Assembly (NCBI GenBank): GCA_963665665.1
Contig: OY762428.1
Coordinates: forward strand, 992,001-1,056,000
Reading direction: 5' to 3'
Source of the DNA: Candidatus Kapaibacterium sp.
GTDB taxonomy: Bacteria; Bacteroidota; Ignavibacteria; Kapaibacteriales; UBA2268
DNA length: 64,000 nucleotides
Each line of letters starts with the position of its first letter. The first letter of the stretch is position 1. Below are positions 60,081-64,000 of this stretch, in pieces. Position numbers and translations under genes: made by a program. The notes beneath the pieces were generated by a model. It did not search any database, was not told the origin of the DNA, and saw only the letters and a list, made by a program, of their open reading frames with translations.

Positions 60081-61430
60081 ATGAAAAAGATGCTATCCTT
60101 ACTTTTCGCGTTTTTACTTTTCTCTTCGACTTTATTTTCGGAACAATGGAAAATTTTAGACAGCCTGAACTCTGTTAAATATCACGACAGATGGATGGAA
60201 TGGGCGGACAGCCTGCACGGGGCCTGGCTTGCAACTACACTTTATTACGAGCACGGTGGAATTATCCGGCTGACAAGCAACGGAGGCAACTCGTGGGAAA
60301 CAGTTCTTGCAGATACTATAAACCCTAACAATCTGATTTTTTTTCCACGTTTCAACAGTTTTTGTTTCAGAGATAAGAACCTGCTGCTTCTTGCCTGCGA
60401 TTCAGGGCAGGTAAGGCGCAGCAGCGATCTCGGGAAAAACTGGGAAACGATTACAATTAGGGATGGGTGGTTCGTGGATGTGATTGACATGTATGACGAA
60501 ACAAGCGGATACCTGAGAATATTCGATGAAAATGACAATATACATTTCTTTACAACAGCGGACGGGGGAATAAACTGGGAGGAAAAAGAAATACCACAGG
60601 AATTCAGGTTTCTATGGTATAATCGTAATTCAATAACTGCTTATAACAATTTTTTCCTGGGTTCTGATGAAAACGGGCCTGCACTTATTAAAATTGCCCG
60701 TGATTTTTCTTTATGGGAAAAATTTGCACTGCCCGTACTAAGCAACGACCTGAAAATGTACCAGTATAGCGACATACATTTCTTTGACGAAAACAGGGGT
60801 TGCCTTATCGGCTATACAGCTAAATTCAATGGCAAGTTTGATAATTATACCTTTACAACAAATGACGGCGGAGAAAGTTGGAAAATTGTTAAAACAGGCG
60901 ATGAAACGCCTATGCATATCAAAAATTTCAGCTTTATAGATAATAATATTGCTTTTGCATCTACCAACGAGCATTCTTTATTATCAACTTCAAACGGAGG
61001 AAACAGTTGGAAAGAAATGAATTTAACCGAACTTTATAATTCTCGCGGATATTTTAGTTTTTCTTTTTTAAAGGCCTTCAAAACTTCAATAAAGCTATTG
61101 AGCGGGAAAAATCATATCATCGAGGTCATTCCCGAACCTACAGGAATAGACGATCACTATGATAATGCAAAGAAATGCATAAATGTATGCCCTGAATTTT
61201 CCGGAAATCCGGATAATATTATTTTGGAATATCAATCAATAAAGCCCGGAAGCCAATTTCTGATAACTGATATTTCAGGCAGGACAATAGCTGAAAAAAT
61301 AATTACAAATGAAAGCGGCAGCATTAGTATTGGCAGTATCATCAGAAACATACTGCCGGCAGGTATATATATTATCAGAATTGAAAATATTAATGAGTCT
61401 GACTATGAAAAATTTATGATAATAAGATAA
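60081..61430 (+). CDS. YCF48/BNR-repeat protein with T9SS type A sorting domain
   Basis: Signal peptide; T.NGG.SW Asp-boxes; ITDISGR...LPAGIYIIRI..KFMI. Confidence 0.75.
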   Translation: MKKMLSLLFAFLLFSSTLFSEQWKILDSLNSVKYHDRWMEWADSLHGAWLATTLYYEHGGIIRLTSNGGNSWETVLADTINPNNLIFFPRFNSFCFRDKNLLLLACDSGQVRRSSDLGKNWETITIRDGWFVDVIDMYDETSGYLRIFDENDNIHFFTTADGGINWEEKEIPQEFRFLWYNRNSITAYNNFFLGSDENGPALIKIARDFSLWEKFALPVLSNDLKMYQYSDIHFFDENRGCLIGYTAKFNGKFDNYTFTTNDGGESWKIVKTGDETPMHIKNFSFIDNNIAFASTNEHSLLSTSNGGNSWKEMNLTELYNSRGYFSFSFLKAFKTSIKLLSGKNHIIEVIPEPTGIDDHYDNAKKCINVCPEFSGNPDNIILEYQSIKPGSQFLITDISGRTIAEKIITNESGSISIGSIIRNILPAGIYIIRIENINESDYEKFMIIR

Positions 61431-61467
61431 TATTGCCCTACTTAATTTTATCAACCAGGAATTAATC

Positions 61468-62784
61468 ATGAGAACAATTTTTATTACTATAATATCAATG
61501 ATAATTTTACCCAACGTACTACTGTCATTACCCAATATAAACTGGGAAATTGTTTATATTAAAAATACAAGCTATTCTTTTTCGGATTTTGCCATTGAAG
61601 ATGGTATTATTTATGCTGTAAACTCTTATAGTACTATCGGTAAACCGCAGGTAACGATCAGTTCGGACAGGGGAAAAAACTGGACTGATATCCTCCCCGA
61701 TTCCATTGCCTTCCTCAACCCGGAAAATCATTCGGGAGAAGTATGGCCCCGGGCAATTTCGGTGTCAGGGCCACGCATTCTGGCCTCGTGTACCAGCAAA
61801 TCAGACGGCTACTACATTTATTCTTCTGACTATGGCAAAACATGGGTCAGGGACAAACTGAAACACGAATCTAACGGAATTGGTTTTGCCCTTACATCCG
61901 AAGACGGATTCTCTATTGTCGGCGGATATTTTGGATTTTCAATATTTACCGATTACATGCAAAACAGAAGGGATATTGATAAAATAGATACTAACCGCCT
62001 GAATATTTTTGGGTTTTCATCGGTCGGGCCTGACTATTTGCTTATGCTCGCATACCTTGAACACGAGGGATTCAAGTTCCTTGTTTCCACCGACAGGGGG
62101 CAAAGCTGGGAAAAACATGACTATCCGTACAATGGCGCAGGCGCTGTTTTTTGCCTTAACAAGGATAATTGGTGGGGAATTCCCGCAAAATTAATCGGCA
62201 ATAAAACTGTCGATATGATAGTACATACAAGCAACGCCGGTGACTCATGGGAAACAAGCCTGCTTGAAGAAAGAATTAATAAATCCCGTCAATTTGATAT
62301 TTTTTTCGCAGATTCACTGAATGGTATATCTGTTGGAAGGTTCGGAAGAATGTACCTGACCCATGACGGAGGAAAAACCTGGAGCAGGGAGTACATGCTT
62401 GATTCAACTGACTGGTCTCTCGATTTGAACTGTGTGATAATTGACGATAACGGGGAAATATACGTTGGCACTAACAGAGGAATGATTTTCAAAGGGTCTT
62501 CAATTCTTGGTATCGAGGAAAAGCAGGAAGAACAATATAGAATTTACCCAAACCCCGCCGGAAAAGGCGAAACAATTACAATCCTTATAGAGGACGATAA
62601 ATTTATTGCTTCATCCTGGTCTCTTTTCGATATTGAAGGGAAACTAACGGCTCAGGGGCAGATTATTAGTTCCGGTAAAAAAATATCAGTTCAACTCCCG
62701 GGAGATATTCCCGCCGGCAACTATTTTATTAAATTATTTAATAAACTGGGTACTGAAAAATATATACAGTTTCAAATAGAATAA
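61468..62784 (+). CDS. YCF48/BNR-repeat protein with T9SS type A sorting domain
   Basis: S.D.G.W Asp-boxes; IYPNPA...IPAGNYFIKL. Confidence 0.78.
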   Translation: MRTIFITIISMIILPNVLLSLPNINWEIVYIKNTSYSFSDFAIEDGIIYAVNSYSTIGKPQVTISSDRGKNWTDILPDSIAFLNPENHSGEVWPRAISVSGPRILASCTSKSDGYYIYSSDYGKTWVRDKLKHESNGIGFALTSEDGFSIVGGYFGFSIFTDYMQNRRDIDKIDTNRLNIFGFSSVGPDYLLMLAYLEHEGFKFLVSTDRGQSWEKHDYPYNGAGAVFCLNKDNWWGIPAKLIGNKTVDMIVHTSNAGDSWETSLLEERINKSRQFDIFFADSLNGISVGRFGRMYLTHDGGKTWSREYMLDSTDWSLDLNCVIIDDNGEIYVGTNRGMIFKGSSILGIEEKQEEQYRIYPNPAGKGETITILIEDDKFIASSWSLFDIEGKLTAQGQIISSGKKISVQLPGDIPAGNYFIKLFNKLGTEKYIQFQIE

Positions 62785-63175
62785 TATTCACCTGATACAC
62801 ATAGAAATATTGAATTTACGAATTTTTTGAAATCGCAGTTTCAATTATTCAAATACTGTTTCCGCTCCCTAAAGCGCGAAGTGTGAAACCTTCTTATGGA
62901 ATCATGCATCAAATTGGAATTCATCTCTCCGAAAGTCCAATCAGGGGTACGCAGAAAAAGCAATTTAGGATATCATTCAAATCGCAACAAATAACCTGCA
63001 ACCCGCATGAATACCGGATTACTCACTCCATTCAGTCTGCCCTACACCTGCACACTCTTACAATTAAATATCTGATAAACTCCGGAAAGCTATTAAGAAA
63101 AGTTTTAGTTCGATTATGGAACATCGTATAAGTTAAAACAAATTTTTAGTAAATTGTGAATAAAACATAATTCTA

Positions 63176-64000
63176 ATGACAGAAAATATAAATATTGAAA
63201 CTGAAAGTAAGGGTCAGGAAGGCATTGCCAGCCTGGAGCAGAAACTGGCAAACCTACCCGTAAAGCCGGGAGTATATCAGTTTAAGAATAAATCCGGAAA
63301 AGTGATCTACGTTGGAAAAGCAAAGATACTTCGCAACCGCGTCAGGCAGTATTTCCAGAACAAACGCCCGGTTGATGCTAAAACTGTAGCTATGGTCAGC
63401 AAAATAGCCGACCTGGAAGTAATTGTGGTTGATTCGGAGGCAGAAGCCCTGATACTTGAAGACACCCTGATAAAAAAGCTGAAACCTCGATATAATGTTC
63501 TGCTCAGGGACGACAAATCATATCCTTATATCAGGATAACCAATGAGGAATACCCGAGGATATTCTATACAAGAAAAGTGATAAGGGACGGATCGAAATA
63601 TTTCGGGCCTTTCACGGATGTGGGGCAGATGAAATCTGTGCTGAAGATCAGCCGCAACCTGTTCAAGATCAGAAGCTGCGACCTGAAACTCACGGAAGCC
63701 GCTATCCGGGACAAAAAATTCAAGATATGCCTGGATTATCATATTGAGAAATGCAAGGGGCCATGCGAAGGTTTTATCACTAAAGCTGAGTATAACGAAG
63801 ACGTCTCCCGTGCAGTCAAGATAATTACCGGAAAAACCAGGGAGCTTGAAAAGTCCATGGAAGAGGAGATGAAGGAGCTATCGGAAAAAATGGAGTTCGA
63901 AGCTGCTGCCGAAGTCAGGAACAAACTGCTTATGCTGAAAGATTTCACATCGAAACAAAAGATTATCACAACAGAAATGATTGACCGCGATATGTTTGCA
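63176..64000 (+). CDS. uvrC: Excinuclease ABC subunit C (5' part, runs off the window)
   Basis: Translated by hand: LPVKPGVYQFKNKSGKVIYVGKAKILRNRVRQYF...EALILE..LIKKLKPRYNVLLRDDKSYPYI...YFGPF; absent from the ORF track because there is no stop in the window. Confidence 0.95.
   Translation, partial: MTENINIETESKGQEGIASLEQKLANLPVKPGVYQFKNKSGKVIYVGKAKILRNRVRQYFQNKRPVDAKTVAMVSKIADLEVIVVDSEAEALILEDTLIKKLKPRYNVLLRDDKSYPYIRITNEEYPRIFYTRKVIRDGSKYFGPFTDVGQMKSVLKISRNLFKIRSCDLKLTEAAIRDKKFKICLDYHIEKCKGPCEGFITKAEYNEDVSRAVKIITGKTRELEKSMEEEMKELSEKMEFEAAAEVRNKLLMLKDFTSKQKIITTEMIDRDMFA

Noticed and set aside
62860-63131. Possible ncRNA or ORF upstream of uvrC
   Set aside because: Only a weak REP-like half (CAGTCTGCCCTAC) is present; no riboswitch consensus or coding signal could be supported.

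Overview
This 64 kb bacterial chromosomal window is AT-rich. Its gene content (many T9SS type-A cargo proteins, TTTG-N20-TAnnTTTG promoters, an orphan flbD) suggests an FCB-group organism such as Ignavibacteriota/Kapabacteria; this placement is inference. The backbone is housekeeping: menE/menC, YifB/ComM, aat, alpha-2-macroglobulin + pbpC, bfr, pyk, mrp-nifU, alr, ftsH, a macrodomain gene and the 5' part of uvrC. Three things stand out. (1) A 2.2 kb tRNA locus (37572-39809) holds 3 intact tRNA-Val(TAC) and 2 tRNA-Leu(CAA) genes inside an array of 13 truncated tRNA-Val 3' copies. These copies have a rebuilt anticodon-like hairpin, and each is followed by one of about five terminator-like spacer cassettes in shuffled order. 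(2) Two related, apparently non-coding composite elements lie in opposite orientation (about 3910-7062 and 33220-35677). Both are built from stacked REP-like palindromes and two divergently oriented 21-bp arrays. Copy 2 has 250-bp terminal direct repeats, an extremely AT-rich core and a neighbouring frameshifted excisionase-like HTH gene. (3) An IS186-like IS4 element has inserted into a hairpin of copy 1 with an 11-bp target duplication, and the matching empty site is visible in copy 2. No cas, integrase or reverse transcriptase gene is present in the window.
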